The notes below the pieces were generated by a model, which saw only the letters and a list, made by a program, of their open reading frames with translations, had not been told where the DNA came from and did no database searches. Below, piece by piece: positions 35,201 through 45,951 of a DNA stretch of 64,000 bases; the first letter of the stretch is position 1, and each line of letters starts with the position of its first letter. Position numbers and translations under genes: made by a program. Source of the stretch: Fluviicola sp. (GTDB lineage: Bacteria; Bacteroidota; Bacteroidia; Flavobacteriales_D; Crocinitomicaceae); the NCBI GenBank assembly GCA_047947105.1, contig CP170456.1, forward strand, positions 888,530-952,529. The letters are read 5' to 3'.

Positions 35201-36700
35201 CTAATCCTTCTTTTTCGGCTTCAACTTCGCAATTTTGATTCCTACATAGCCGAAAACTACAGTCATGATTGGGCTAATGATATTAAAGAAGCAGTAGACA
35301 AAATAATCGCCTGTCGCAACGCCAAGTACTTTCGACTGTGTAGCGCCACACGTATTCCATGGAATTAGGACAGAGGTCACGGTACCGGAATCCTCTAAAG
35401 TCCTTGAAAGATTTTGTGGTGCCAAACCACGATCTTTGTATGCATCAGCAAACATTCTTCCAGGCACTACAATGGATAAATATTGATCTGAAGCAGTTGT
35501 ATTGAAAAATAAACACGTCCCTGTAGTTGTAGCAATAAGTGAACCTGTAGAGCGCACCATTTTCATCAACTTTTTGGTTATGGCTTGAAGTAAACCACAT
35601 GCCTCCATTATCCCGCCAAAACACATAGCACAAACGATCAACCAAATCGTATTTAGCATTCCGTACATACCGCCAGAAGACAAAAGCTTATTCACACCGG
35701 CATTTTCAGTTTCAATAGAAACGTCAGTTGTCATAGCATCGATAGAGGCCATGTAAGAGGATTGCACGTAATTAGGTGTCCAATGAACCCTGTCACCATC
35801 CATTTGGATGTACTTCGATCCCAAATCCTGAACAATATCTGGCTGAAAAAAGACCGCAACGAGACAACCGGCGATAGTTCCAATGAATAAGGCAGGAAGC
35901 GAAGGTACTTTCTTGATGATCAGAAATACAACTAAAGCTGGCACAAGCAAAAACCAGGGCGATATCACAAAATTCTCCTTGATCAATTTCCCCATTTCCA
36001 ATGCACCCATTTCAGCATTATTCGTAGAAATGGAGAAACCAATGATTAAAAATATGATCAGCGTGATTACAATCGAAGGAACGGTGGTCAAAGTCATGTA
36101 GCGAATATGCGTAAACAAATCTGTTCCTGCCATAGCTGGTGCAAGGTTGGTGGTATCAGAAAGTGGCGACATTTTATCACCGAAATATGCCCCTGAAATA
36201 ATCGCTCCAGCGGACATTGCGGAATCAATTCCCAATGCACCTCCAATTCCAATTAGTGCCACCCCGACAGTAGCAACCGTGCTCCAGGAACTCCCAGTGG
36301 CAATTGCCACAATGGCACTGATTACGCATGCCGCAACCAAGAAAATTGTGGGATTTAAAATTTCCAATCCATAATAAATCATTGTTGGAACGATTCCCGA
36401 AATCAACCAAGCTCCTGAAAGCGCCCCAATCATCAAAAGAATTAAAATTGCTGGCAAAGCTGATTTAATACTCTTCACCATTCCTTTTTCAATATCTTTC
36501 CAAGAAAAGCCTAAGCGCCATCCTACCAAACCTGCAATCACAGCCCCAATTATCAGAGCCATTTGGTTTGCCCCATTCAATGATGAATCTTCGTATAAAT
36601 AAACGCTTAATCCGAGTAACGAAATCAAAATGAGCACAGGGATAAGGGCAAGCCCAAACATTTGATTGGTACTTAGCTTTTTCTTCGAGTCTTTAGTCAT
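35201..36700 (-). CDS. nhaC: Na+/H+ antiporter, NhaC family
   Basis: 499 aa, about 11-12 TM helices. 'GAYFGDKMSPLSDTTNLA' is characteristic of NhaC. Confidence 0.75.
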   Translation of the reverse strand: MTKDSKKKLSTNQMFGLALIPVLILISLLGLSVYLYEDSSLNGANQMALIIGAVIAGLVGWRLGFSWKDIEKGMVKSIKSALPAILILLMIGALSGAWLISGIVPTMIYYGLEILNPTIFLVAACVISAIVAIATGSSWSTVATVGVALIGIGGALGIDSAMSAGAIISGAYFGDKMSPLSDTTNLAPAMAGTDLFTHIRYMTLTTVPSIVITLIIFLIIGFSISTNNAEMGALEMGKLIKENFVISPWFLLVPALVVFLIIKKVPSLPALFIGTIAGCLVAVFFQPDIVQDLGSKYIQMDGDRVHWTPNYVQSSYMASIDAMTTDVSIETENAGVNKLLSSGGMYGMLNTIWLIVCAMCFGGIMEACGLLQAITKKLMKMVRSTGSLIATTTGTCLFFNTTASDQYLSIVVPGRMFADAYKDRGLAPQNLSRTLEDSGTVTSVLIPWNTCGATQSKVLGVATGDYFVYCFFNIISPIMTVVFGYVGIKIAKLKPKKKD

Positions 36701-36736
36701 GAATGCGAACGTTTGAAGTAGTTCAAAAATAATGAT

Positions 36737-39067
36737 TTAACCCACTTTCTTCTTCGGCTTGTAAAAAAGTAATATCAGGACGGGCAGAATCGTTAAATCT
36801 GCAATCAAGGCAACGATGAGTGCCAGACATAGCATAATCCCTAAATAGAAGGTTCCAAGGAAGCTAGAGAAAACCAAAAGCAAAAATCCAGAACAAAGTA
36901 TCAACGTTGTAAGAATCATCGCCTTACCTGTCGTGAAGTAGCTTCTTCGTAGTGCGTACATCACTCCTTTGCCTTTCATTAGCTCGTACTTAAATTTACC
37001 GAGGAGGTGTATGGTATCATCTACCGCAATTCCAAAAGCAATTGTAAAGATAATCGCCGTTGATATTTTTAGATCTACACCCAAGAAGCCCATTGCGCCA
37101 CCAATAAACACAAGCGGGAAGATGTTGGGTACGAGACTAATTAACATCATTGGAATAGAACGGTAAATCAAGCCCATTATTAATGCAACAATCAAGATCG
37201 AGACTGCTAACCCTTTCACGAGACTGGTGGACATATAGCGCAAGTTTTTGTCAACCAAATGCGCCGCTCCCGTTACTTGATACTTTAACTTGCCGTCCAT
37301 TGTTTGCCCCTTCAAGAACTTATCCAAATCCTTGTTCAAGGCCGTTACTTTTTTATTCCCAAGATCTGGAATCGTACCACTGATACGTACAATGGACTCT
37401 GTACTGTCTACCATCGTTCGCAATAACGATCCGTCTTGTGCCGTTTTTAAAATTTGTCGGATTGTTCGCTCCTTACTCTTACGATTCGGCAATGCATAAA
37501 ATTCATCCTTACCCGCATACATTCCACGATTAAGAATCTTCATTGCCGAAACTAGAGACAACTTAATATTTGCACCGTATGAGTCTTTCAAATAGCCTTG
37601 AACCGAATCCAGTGTTTTGAGAACTTCTTTGTCCCAAACCTGAACATTGGTGTCTTTTATAATTACGGCCATCTCAAAAGGACGTGCACCGCCGTAATGT
37701 TTGTCTAAGTAATTAAAGTCTTGTTTTACGGGTTCATCCTCGGCAACGTCGTCAATGAGCATGTTATCGCTTTCCAGTTGAAAAGTCCCAATAACACTTA
37801 CAACAAGCACCAAGGCCCCGATTCCCAAAACAGTTTTCTTCTTTCTACCGATAACTAAAAACCATCTCTCCAACTTCAATCGCCAGAAATGATCTTTCTT
37901 TTTCGCTGTTACATATTTCGGTCCTCCCGTGAGATAAAACAAGGCCGGCAAAACCGCAAATGTGAGCACAAAGGCAATCATTACCCCAACTCCCATCACC
38001 ATACCAAAAACCTGAATGGGTTCCACCCTTACAAAAACCAAGGTAAAGAATCCAATAGCGGTGGTAATGGACGTTAAAAATGTTGCCATTCCGACTTCTC
38101 GCACTGCCAGTTTCGTCGCTTCAAATGAGTTTCCTAATTCTCTCAGACCGTCAAGATATCGGGAGACAAGGTGAATTACATCTGACATGGAAACTACGAA
38201 CATGACCGACGGCAATACCGTCAGAATTACGTTCAATGGTTGACCAGCGATGGACATGCCTCCAATGAGCCATACCATTCCCGAAACAATCACCGCCTGT
38301 GGTATTAAAATCCCCCAAATGGATTTGAAAGCGATCAAAAGAAAAACAATCACCAAAACGGCGCTTAATCCGAGGAACAATGCCATTTCAAAAGACATTT
38401 CGTCTATGTAGTACTTTTGACCTACAGCTCTTCCTCCTGTCCGAATATTATCGAATTTGTACTGCTTCGCCTTTTTCTCAATGGTTGTAATCAGTGCGTC
38501 ACTTCCCTTTTTCGAAAGAAAGTCTTGATGTCGTACAAAAAGACAAACAGAGAGACCGTCCTTTGAAACGAGATTATTTACAATTTCCTCTTTCGTACTA
38601 ATATTCGCTGAATCCCTTTTTAAATCAACATCCTCAAAATTGATGTAGGGGCGCTCGTCCGTAACACCAGTAAAAATGAAATACTCTTTCTGTTCGGTTA
38701 TCGAAATGACATTTTTAACATACTTCGATTTTTGTATGTCTTTGGTGAAACGATCGACCTTCTTTAAAAAGTTCAGATCGTAAATACCTCCTTCATTTTC
38801 TATAGCGATTAGCAGGAAGTCATTATCCGATTCAAATTTTTCCCGATAATCTAAAAAGAACTCAGTTTCAGGGTCATCTGTCGGGTAAAACTTCTCAAAA
38901 TCATAGTCGAACTCAATCTTTACAGCAAAGTAGAGAAAGAACAGAAGGGAGACAAATAAAGCGCAAACGGCTATTACTGAGTACCTTTTAAACCACTTTT
39001 CGCCAACCTTCTTCAATTCTGTTTCGTTTGAGGCACAAAGATAACCCCTTTGTTTAAACGGCGGCAT
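36737..39067 (-). CDS. MMPL/RND-superfamily exporter (two SSD-type 6-TM bundles)
   Basis: Duplicated architecture of TM bundles separated by large loops. I trimmed the start to Met at 39067, because the track start at 39124 would leave only 5 nt to the divergent gene. The exact start is uncertain. Confidence 0.7.
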   Translation of the reverse strand: MPPFKQRGYLCASNETELKKVGEKWFKRYSVIAVCALFVSLLFFLYFAVKIEFDYDFEKFYPTDDPETEFFLDYREKFESDNDFLLIAIENEGGIYDLNFLKKVDRFTKDIQKSKYVKNVISITEQKEYFIFTGVTDERPYINFEDVDLKRDSANISTKEEIVNNLVSKDGLSVCLFVRHQDFLSKKGSDALITTIEKKAKQYKFDNIRTGGRAVGQKYYIDEMSFEMALFLGLSAVLVIVFLLIAFKSIWGILIPQAVIVSGMVWLIGGMSIAGQPLNVILTVLPSVMFVVSMSDVIHLVSRYLDGLRELGNSFEATKLAVREVGMATFLTSITTAIGFFTLVFVRVEPIQVFGMVMGVGVMIAFVLTFAVLPALFYLTGGPKYVTAKKKDHFWRLKLERWFLVIGRKKKTVLGIGALVLVVSVIGTFQLESDNMLIDDVAEDEPVKQDFNYLDKHYGGARPFEMAVIIKDTNVQVWDKEVLKTLDSVQGYLKDSYGANIKLSLVSAMKILNRGMYAGKDEFYALPNRKSKERTIRQILKTAQDGSLLRTMVDSTESIVRISGTIPDLGNKKVTALNKDLDKFLKGQTMDGKLKYQVTGAAHLVDKNLRYMSTSLVKGLAVSILIVALIMGLIYRSIPMMLISLVPNIFPLVFIGGAMGFLGVDLKISTAIIFTIAFGIAVDDTIHLLGKFKYELMKGKGVMYALRRSYFTTGKAMILTTLILCSGFLLLVFSSFLGTFYLGIMLCLALIVALIADLTILPVLILLFYKPKKKVG

Positions 39068-39105
39068 ACAATGATGGGGGACATTGAAGAAATGTCGCAA
39101 TTTTT

Positions 39106-39113
39106 TACTTTTG
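39106..39113 (+). promoter_or_regulatory. Bacteroidota -7 promoter motif (TAnnTTTG) upstream of the 39130 gene
   Basis: TACTTTTG lies 17 nt upstream of the ATG. This is motif match only. Confidence 0.3.
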
Positions 39114-39129
39114 GAGAAAATCAAAAATT

Positions 39130-40158
39130 ATGAGAAAACCTTTACTCTTCACTTTTTTATTAGCAGCTACATTTTCGCAGGCACAGATGACCTCAGCGAA
39201 TGAGCCAACTATTGGAGCATCATCTACTCTTTTCGTGGTAGATTCTTTCGCAACCAATTACGCAGGAACAACTGGAGCTGGAGTTACTTGGGACTATTCT
39301 ACCATTGCGGGATATAACGGTGTTACTCAGGATGTAGAATGTCTCGACCCTGCTACCGACCCGAACGGAGCTAACTTCCCTGGAGCAACGAAAGTACTTT
39401 CCGTTGGAGATATCAAACAGTTCTTCTCATCTTCTGCGACTGAGAGAACATCTCAAGGATTCTACTACACAGAAGCTACTTTTGGAGATATCATCGTGAC
39501 CTACGAAAACGATCCTTCCATTTTGTGTACCTACCCATTTGATCAAGGTGGTGCAACCGTAAACGATAACTACGATGGTTCATTGTCAATGACTTTCAAC
39601 GGTTTCCCAGTGAACGAATCATTGACAGGAACAATTGATGCTTCTATCGATGGATCAGGAACTCTTTTACTTCCAAACAGTGTTTCCCTTTCGAATGTAA
39701 TTCGCTACTACAGCCAAGAGAATGCACAAACGACGCTTCCATTGGTGGGACCTGTTGACGTTATCAAAGATCAGTACGAGTATTACGATTACGCAAACTC
39801 GGACTTGCCAGTTTTCGTTCACTTGACGATTACTATTTTACCACAAGGTGGAGGTACTCCAATTACTGAAACGTCGTTGGTACTTTCTCAAGAAGATGGT
39901 GTTTTTGTTGGTATGGATGAGTTGGAATCTTTCGATTTCACCGTAGCTCCAAACCCGGCAAATGACATTGTAACGGTATTTGGAGATTTTGATGCTTCAG
40001 CAACAGCGCAACTTACAGACGCTAGCGGACGTGTTATCAATTCGTTTGATGTTTCAAACGGACAATCAATTGACGTGTCTAACCTGAACAGTGGTATGTA
40101 CTTGCTATCAATCAACAATGCGGGACAAACAACAACAAAAACAGTCGTGAAGAAGTAA
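39130..40158 (+). CDS. secreted protein with a T9SS type A C-terminal sorting domain
   Basis: Signal peptide 'LLAATFSQAQ'. C-terminus 'VAPNPANDIVTVFGD...SGMYLLSINNAGQTTTKTVVKK'. Confidence 0.8.
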   Translation: MRKPLLFTFLLAATFSQAQMTSANEPTIGASSTLFVVDSFATNYAGTTGAGVTWDYSTIAGYNGVTQDVECLDPATDPNGANFPGATKVLSVGDIKQFFSSSATERTSQGFYYTEATFGDIIVTYENDPSILCTYPFDQGGATVNDNYDGSLSMTFNGFPVNESLTGTIDASIDGSGTLLLPNSVSLSNVIRYYSQENAQTTLPLVGPVDVIKDQYEYYDYANSDLPVFVHLTITILPQGGGTPITETSLVLSQEDGVFVGMDELESFDFTVAPNPANDIVTVFGDFDASATAQLTDASGRVINSFDVSNGQSIDVSNLNSGMYLLSINNAGQTTTKTVVKK

Positions 40159-40180
40159 TTCTTTTCACATAGATAATAAC

Positions 40181-40223
40181 AGCCCCGGTCATCGAGCTTG
40201 TCGAGATGCCGGGGCTTTTTTTT
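40181..40223 (+). terminator. rho-independent terminator
   Basis: AGCCCCGG...CCGGGGCT stem, extended by CATC/GATC-type inner pairs, followed by T8. It lies 23 nt after the stop at 40158. Confidence 0.75.
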
Positions 40224-40280
40224 GATTTCAACTGTTACGAAAGGCGTGTTTCTTTGTTATATTCGTACATCCGATCGTCT

Positions 40281-42563
40281 ATGAAAAAATTCTACCTGTT
40301 AATTGTTCTCTTCGTATCTTTTTCTGCCCAAGCCCAATTAAACGAAGGGTTGACCCCAGAAGAACGCGCCTATCTGTTTCACATTGTAAAAAAGAGCCCC
40401 ATTTTGGACAACAATTTGGGCCGCTACTTCGACTATCAAGGACCTGAAATTACTTTTCCCAACGGAAAGATTAATTACGACTCTGTCGAATTGCTCATTA
40501 TCAACACTCCGGAACACCTGATCATTCGGAAAGACGAAATCAGCAAATCACCCAAGGGACTGTTAGCAGAAGCAGCAAACAAAATGGCCGTTTGGGAACT
40601 CAACAAAGTATTGCTGGCGAAACGGAAAAATCCGAATAACTTGAAGCAATATCAAAACGAGTTTGATGCATTTGAATCGTTTTTAGAAGAAAAATTACCA
40701 GTGGAGGCGTATCGGCCAAAAGACGGAGAACAACGCCCGCATCCCAAAATCTATAACGTTTTAAATCCGAGTCTTTCCTTGGATGATAAAATAGCAATGG
40801 TTGAAACGATGCGTTTTCTGGATACCCAGGAAAAGAAAGAATTGCTTGAAGCGATGAACTACGCTGTGAATAAATACGTGAAAGAAAGAGCTGAAATCGT
40901 ATACAAGCATTTGGGCGGTGAAGTGGAAGAATTCGACAATATTCTGATGGCTGCAGGCGATGGAAGCGGTACTTCAGGATTGTTGGAGGAAAGAGAAAAA
41001 AATGAACGCGGCATGTGGAATCGTGGGTTACCCAAAGCCGTCGGCTTGTTCCCATATGATTTAATGATCGAAAGGATAGAAACGAAGCGAAAAACTACCG
41101 AAAAAATTGAACCTGTTCGATATGCATCGCATGACTTTACTACAGCAGGCAACAATCGATTGACCAATGTACATGTAGATGTTTGGGGATACAATTCTGA
41201 GAAGCAAACCACGGTTGTTATTGAAAAAAATGGAAGACAGTACCTATTGTTCGGATCGAAAGAAACGCGCTTCCTCTCCCCTGACTCTTCATTTTCGGAA
41301 GGAAGTACCATGCAATCCATAATAAACGAACTCGAATTCAAACACATTGCCGATTTAGAGGAAAAAATCTCAGGAAGACGCGGATTTGACTACTGGATAG
41401 ACTACAACACAAAAAAGAAAAATAGTACTGAAATCAAGCTCCAGAAGAAAGAGATGGAGTATTCGAATCTCGGTTATTCGCCAATCACAACGAATAAGAA
41501 AGCGTCAAGAAAGGTCAAACGATCGAAACGAAAAGCCATTAAGGCAAACTCGGGTACTTTTAACGGAGCTCCAACCACCAATTCTCAGCGTTCGCAGCGA
41601 AAGAAATTACAGAACCAAATTGTAGCGTTGCAAGGAGCATATGATGGGTACATCAAAAAAATTAAAGAACTAGAAATTCAAAAACAGGAAGCCATAGATC
41701 GACGGGCGGTGCTTGAATTACGCCTCGATCGATTCAAAGCAATGCTGGGGCAAAACTGGATGGAATACACCGAAAAAGACGGCTTATATCTATTTGAAGA
41801 CTCCAGTACTTTTGACTTCTTTACTCAGGAATTTCAATTTCCACCGAAGCAAGAAGCGGAAGATTTTGAAATTCGTTTGGTCGCCATTCCAGAAAGCAGT
41901 CTCTCAAAAAATGCCGACGAAGTAATGCTTCACGCCAGCATTATGGATGCCAAACCGGATTATGATGCTCGTATTAATTTGGAATTGAACGATGTTTTTG
42001 CCTCCGACCAGTGGGATTTATCACAGTCCTTATTTAAAGACGAGGACTCCGTGGCACTGATGGTATTTTTCGAAAGTTTGATGAATAAAAAAATGGATTT
42101 CACCATTATTTCCAGAGGGCAAGGTGTTGGAAAATGGAACGGAGCGAAGACCGTTAAAAACTACCAGCCCGAAACGTTAGATCGTTATCCTGGAACGCCT
42201 TCGGTAAGTAAAATGGACTCGACATTTTTACGCTTGCGAAAATCTGAAGTTTTGGTTCGCATCGATCGCGACATTACTCTAGAAGTCAATTCATTCACAG
42301 ACCCAGTTCGATCAAGTATTTCCGTTTCGAATGAGACAATTCTGGCAGCCATGAATAAGTACAAACTGTCTAAAAACGATGTTTTATCCGCGTACAGAAC
42401 TGCCACGATTATGAATGCCTTGAAAAAAGAGATCAATACATTAGCAGGAGCTTATTTATCTCGCGAAGATGCAACTGTAGTCATTGACCGCTTCAACAAA
42501 ACCTGGCGCAAAACGCGGATTAGTGTAGGGCCTACCTCGTTCAAACTATCAGAGTTTGAGTAG
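40281..42563 (+). CDS. large secreted hypothetical protein, 760 aa
   Basis: I trimmed the start to MKKFYLLIVLFVSFSAQAQ (signal peptide), because the track start at 40206 lies inside the upstream terminator. The centre has a basic stretch 'KKASRKVKRSKRKAIKAN' followed by a coiled coil. Confidence 0.65.
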   Translation: MKKFYLLIVLFVSFSAQAQLNEGLTPEERAYLFHIVKKSPILDNNLGRYFDYQGPEITFPNGKINYDSVELLIINTPEHLIIRKDEISKSPKGLLAEAANKMAVWELNKVLLAKRKNPNNLKQYQNEFDAFESFLEEKLPVEAYRPKDGEQRPHPKIYNVLNPSLSLDDKIAMVETMRFLDTQEKKELLEAMNYAVNKYVKERAEIVYKHLGGEVEEFDNILMAAGDGSGTSGLLEEREKNERGMWNRGLPKAVGLFPYDLMIERIETKRKTTEKIEPVRYASHDFTTAGNNRLTNVHVDVWGYNSEKQTTVVIEKNGRQYLLFGSKETRFLSPDSSFSEGSTMQSIINELEFKHIADLEEKISGRRGFDYWIDYNTKKKNSTEIKLQKKEMEYSNLGYSPITTNKKASRKVKRSKRKAIKANSGTFNGAPTTNSQRSQRKKLQNQIVALQGAYDGYIKKIKELEIQKQEAIDRRAVLELRLDRFKAMLGQNWMEYTEKDGLYLFEDSSTFDFFTQEFQFPPKQEAEDFEIRLVAIPESSLSKNADEVMLHASIMDAKPDYDARINLELNDVFASDQWDLSQSLFKDEDSVALMVFFESLMNKKMDFTIISRGQGVGKWNGAKTVKNYQPETLDRYPGTPSVSKMDSTFLRLRKSEVLVRIDRDITLEVNSFTDPVRSSISVSNETILAAMNKYKLSKNDVLSAYRTATIMNALKKEINTLAGAYLSREDATVVIDRFNKTWRKTRISVGPTSFKLSEFE

Positions 42564-42691
42564 AGTTCTGACTATTTCGACCGTGATGATGATAGTTTAC
42601 TTCGGACCAAACATTTCCGCGCACTTTAGTTCCGCTCAAAATTCTGTCATTTCTAATCCTCAATTTGTGCTCTAAGCAATGTAAAAACGAA

Positions 42692-44119
42692 CTATTCAAA
42701 AAATGCGTCATCGAAATTAACGAGATACGCTTTGTCCGTCGTACGTGTTAATGCGGTATACAACCAACGATAATAATCGGGACCGAGAATATCCTCGTTT
42801 AAGAATCCTTGATCAATAAAAACGTGTTTCCATTGCCCACCTTGCGATTTATGACAAGTTACGGCGTAGGCATATTTTACCTGTAGCGCATTGAAATAGG
42901 GGTCCTTTAAAATGGCTTCGTACCGATCTTTCTTCACTTTAATATGCGTGTAATCGCGCTCCACTTCATAAAACAACTCTTTCATTCGATCTCGTGGCAA
43001 AGACGGACCTTCTGTCAACAATGTTTCTGTGTGAAGAATCAACTCGACATCCCCTTCCTTCTCGTAATCGACAAAATTTGCCGAAACACGCACAAAATGA
43101 AACCCATAAAGTTCCTCATAGCCTAGAATTCTTCGAATGCGGAATATCTCTCCGTTGGCAATAAACCCCATTTTGGAGTCCTCTCCCATCCAGAAATAAT
43201 TGTTTTTGACCACCATCAAATAATCGCCACCACTCAGTTGTTCCTCGTACCAGAGAATCCTTCCCCGAATTTGCAAATTGTAATTGTTAGCACGCTTATT
43301 CGAACGTGTTACCACGATACACTCCTCCGCCCCATCTGAGTGAATAGCACTGTCCAAAGCATCTTGCAATTCCATTCCATTGATGCGTATCAGATCTCCT
43401 CCTGGAATCAAATCGAACTTGGGGTAATCGACCCACTTCGTATTACGCAGCAAGGTTGCATTCTTGAGCACTTCCGAATCTTCAGCTTGTCGAAGCACTT
43501 CGGTCAATCGAAAACTAAACAAACGCAATTCGGGAAAATGATGCCCAAGGTATTTAAGGCTCAATGCTGGAGAATGGTCACTTCCCACAGGCGGCAACTG
43601 ACCTTCATCCCCCATCAGAATAAGCTTACAGCCTTCGCCTGAATACACATACTCAAATAAGTCTTCTAGCAAATTTCTGGCATTCACCGAACCGTCATTT
43701 TGTAAGGTGTAGTCGCCAATCATCGAGGCCTCATCCACAATAAAAACCGCGTGCTTGGAAAGATTGGGTTGCAAACTTAACGGTGAGCCGAAATCGGTTT
43801 TTGATTTCCTTCTGTAAATCTGCTTGTGTATCGTAAATGCATCAGCACTCGACTTCCCACCAAAGACTTTGGCTGCACGACCTGTTGGCGCTAGCAGCTT
43901 TACCGGGACTTTCACACTCTTCAATGCTTTCACAAAAGCCCCAAGGACCGAAGTTTTTCCTGTACCTGCATAACCGGTTAAAACGAACGCACTTTTTGTC
44001 TCTCTGTAGCGTACAAAGGTCTCCAAAGCCTGAAACAATTCAGACTGATGCGCAGTCGGCGTCAGACCAAATTTCTCAATTAATAACTTTTGAAACGGGG
44101 ATTCTTCCATGGATAACAC
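42692..44119 (-). CDS. RecD-like SF1 DNA helicase
   Basis: Walker A 'GYAGTGKTS', Walker B 'FIVDEASMI', and the C-terminal 'AVTCHKSQGGQW' motif. Confidence 0.8.
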   Translation of the reverse strand: MLSMEESPFQKLLIEKFGLTPTAHQSELFQALETFVRYRETKSAFVLTGYAGTGKTSVLGAFVKALKSVKVPVKLLAPTGRAAKVFGGKSSADAFTIHKQIYRRKSKTDFGSPLSLQPNLSKHAVFIVDEASMIGDYTLQNDGSVNARNLLEDLFEYVYSGEGCKLILMGDEGQLPPVGSDHSPALSLKYLGHHFPELRLFSFRLTEVLRQAEDSEVLKNATLLRNTKWVDYPKFDLIPGGDLIRINGMELQDALDSAIHSDGAEECIVVTRSNKRANNYNLQIRGRILWYEEQLSGGDYLMVVKNNYFWMGEDSKMGFIANGEIFRIRRILGYEELYGFHFVRVSANFVDYEKEGDVELILHTETLLTEGPSLPRDRMKELFYEVERDYTHIKVKKDRYEAILKDPYFNALQVKYAYAVTCHKSQGGQWKHVFIDQGFLNEDILGPDYYRWLYTALTRTTDKAYLVNFDDAFFE

Positions 44120-44236
44120 TGAACAACTAAAGGTATTAAGAAAAGCAAGAATGTACGAAAAGCGGGCAAAAAGTTTTCATTGACTGAACGGTTGAAAAAA
44201 TATATTCACTGGTCTTTCATAGAATTCAAAAAATTG

Positions 44237-44244
44237 TAGTTTTG
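44237..44244 (+). promoter_or_regulatory. Bacteroidota -7 promoter motif (TAnnTTTG)
   Basis: TAGTTTTG lies 33 nt upstream of the ATG at 44277. This is motif match only. Confidence 0.3.
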
Positions 44245-44276
44245 TTAGCGTATAAATTGAATTTAGAAAGAGACGT

Positions 44277-45182
44277 ATGAACAATTTAGGACTGATAGTT
44301 AGAAAGTACTCCGTACCGTTTTTATTTACCGTGATCGGGCTATCTGTGCTGATCTTTGGTTTGATGGAATCTCAAGGAAGTAGATTTCTCATCGCTGCAG
44401 CAATGATTCTAATGGCAGGTGTACTCAGTACTTTATTCAGCCTTGGTAAGCTGAAGCCTAAAATGGTCATGATTATCGGAGGGGCGTTCGGACTAATTGC
44501 TTTCCTTTTGATGTGGTTCTCTTATCGTGAAGTGAATCAATCATTAACCTACCAAAAGAATCGTGACAAATGCATCGAAATTGCAAAGCAAAACATGATT
44601 GACATTCGTTTCTTACAAAAAATTCACAAAGAAAAGTACGGAACTTACATCGATAACTGGGACGATTTGATCGAGTTTGCAAAAACAGGAACAATGCCGT
44701 ACGTATACTCTCGCGGAACGGTTCCAGCTCAAAAAATTACTCCAGAAGAACGTGACTACCTATACGGCGATAACCGAGCAATTGACAACAACATGACGGA
44801 AGAGGAAGCGTACCGATTGTCCAAATGGAAGGAAGGCCCTCGCTACGACACACTTTTCTCTGGTTTCATTCGTGATACACAACAGGTTAGTATCATGAAG
44901 ACAAAATTTGAGAATTCTTCATACGTATCCAATCGTCAAAAGCTTGAAATTTACGCATTCAACGCAGACTCACTCCCTTACATTCCATATACCGGAGGTA
45001 AGAAAAAGTGGACGATCCAAACCAAAGACTCTATTAAAATTGGTGAGGAAGTTGGACCAGCGATTCTCGTAGAAGGTTACTTGCCTTTCGCTAAGCGCGA
45101 AGGTTCAAACAAAAAAATTCACTTCTACTTTGGAAGCATCTCAACGTTTGATCTCGACGGTAGCTGGGAGATAGAAGAATAA
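44277..45182 (+). CDS. hypothetical membrane-anchored protein
   Basis: Three N-terminal TM helices followed by a soluble domain. No family recognised. Confidence 0.55.
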   Translation: MNNLGLIVRKYSVPFLFTVIGLSVLIFGLMESQGSRFLIAAAMILMAGVLSTLFSLGKLKPKMVMIIGGAFGLIAFLLMWFSYREVNQSLTYQKNRDKCIEIAKQNMIDIRFLQKIHKEKYGTYIDNWDDLIEFAKTGTMPYVYSRGTVPAQKITPEERDYLYGDNRAIDNNMTEEEAYRLSKWKEGPRYDTLFSGFIRDTQQVSIMKTKFENSSYVSNRQKLEIYAFNADSLPYIPYTGGKKKWTIQTKDSIKIGEEVGPAILVEGYLPFAKREGSNKKIHFYFGSISTFDLDGSWEIEE

Positions 45183-45186
45183 CAGT

Positions 45187-45951
45187 ATGAGTGGTAAACA
45201 CCTCGGTATCAATTTATCCGAGTCCAATGTGGAGTTTAGCATTCTCTCTGGAGAATCGCACATCTTTCATCATTCTGAAGCTTACCAGGGAAAAACAGAC
45301 CAGGATCGCAAGGAAGCTGTTCGAAAGTTAATCGACAGTCACCCACAACTATCAGGGGATTTTGAAAATGTAACGCTTGCATGGTCGCATGCGCAATCAA
45401 CCCTAGTGCCTGCAGCAGTCTTTTCCGAAACGACACCAAAAGAAATTTTCAAGCTGTGCTTTGGCAATGCGATCGACGCTTCAAATGTGGATCACAATCG
45501 AATATTTGAACTAAGCGTTGTGAACGTGTACGCCATTCCTCACTGGGTTAAATCACTGTTCGTAATTAAGTACCCGCAGATTATCATGCAGCATGCAGGA
45601 ACGCATCAAATTCGCAAAGCTTTGCATGCCGACGCATTCTATACCAAAGCAAGCATCGTTTTAAACAAAGAATACTTTCGAATTACGTTAGTAAAGCACA
45701 ACAAGCTCGAATTCTATTCTTCATTTGACTACCAAACGGCTGAAGACATTATTTATCACTTGAATTTTGTGCTTCAACAGAAAGAGCTTTTAGGCGAGAA
45801 AGGAATCATTGAAATTGGAACAAATGGCGAAGTTGATCGAAAAATCGTTGATGATGCCCTGACAGGTTTGTCAAAAATTCAGCACCTCGATAAAATGAAA
45901 AAAGAATACGTCGAAAAGTATCTCACCAATTCTCAATTGCTTTGCGTATAA
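45187..45951 (+). CDS. DUF3822-like protein
   Basis: Its position upstream of rsmD-coaD and its size match the conserved Bacteroidota DUF3822 gene. This rests on memory only. Confidence 0.45.
   Translation: MSGKHLGINLSESNVEFSILSGESHIFHHSEAYQGKTDQDRKEAVRKLIDSHPQLSGDFENVTLAWSHAQSTLVPAAVFSETTPKEIFKLCFGNAIDASNVDHNRIFELSVVNVYAIPHWVKSLFVIKYPQIIMQHAGTHQIRKALHADAFYTKASIVLNKEYFRITLVKHNKLEFYSSFDYQTAEDIIYHLNFVLQQKELLGEKGIIEIGTNGEVDRKIVDDALTGLSKIQHLDKMKKEYVEKYLTNSQLLCV

Noticed and set aside
40206-40280. 5' extension of the 785-aa ORF call
   Set aside because: The proposed start lies inside the stem and T-tract of the upstream terminator. An in-frame Met at 40281 gives a canonical signal peptide.
40600-41347. 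Minus-strand ORFs of 151 and 162 aa
   Set aside because: They lie antisense inside the 760-aa secreted-protein gene and have no supporting features.
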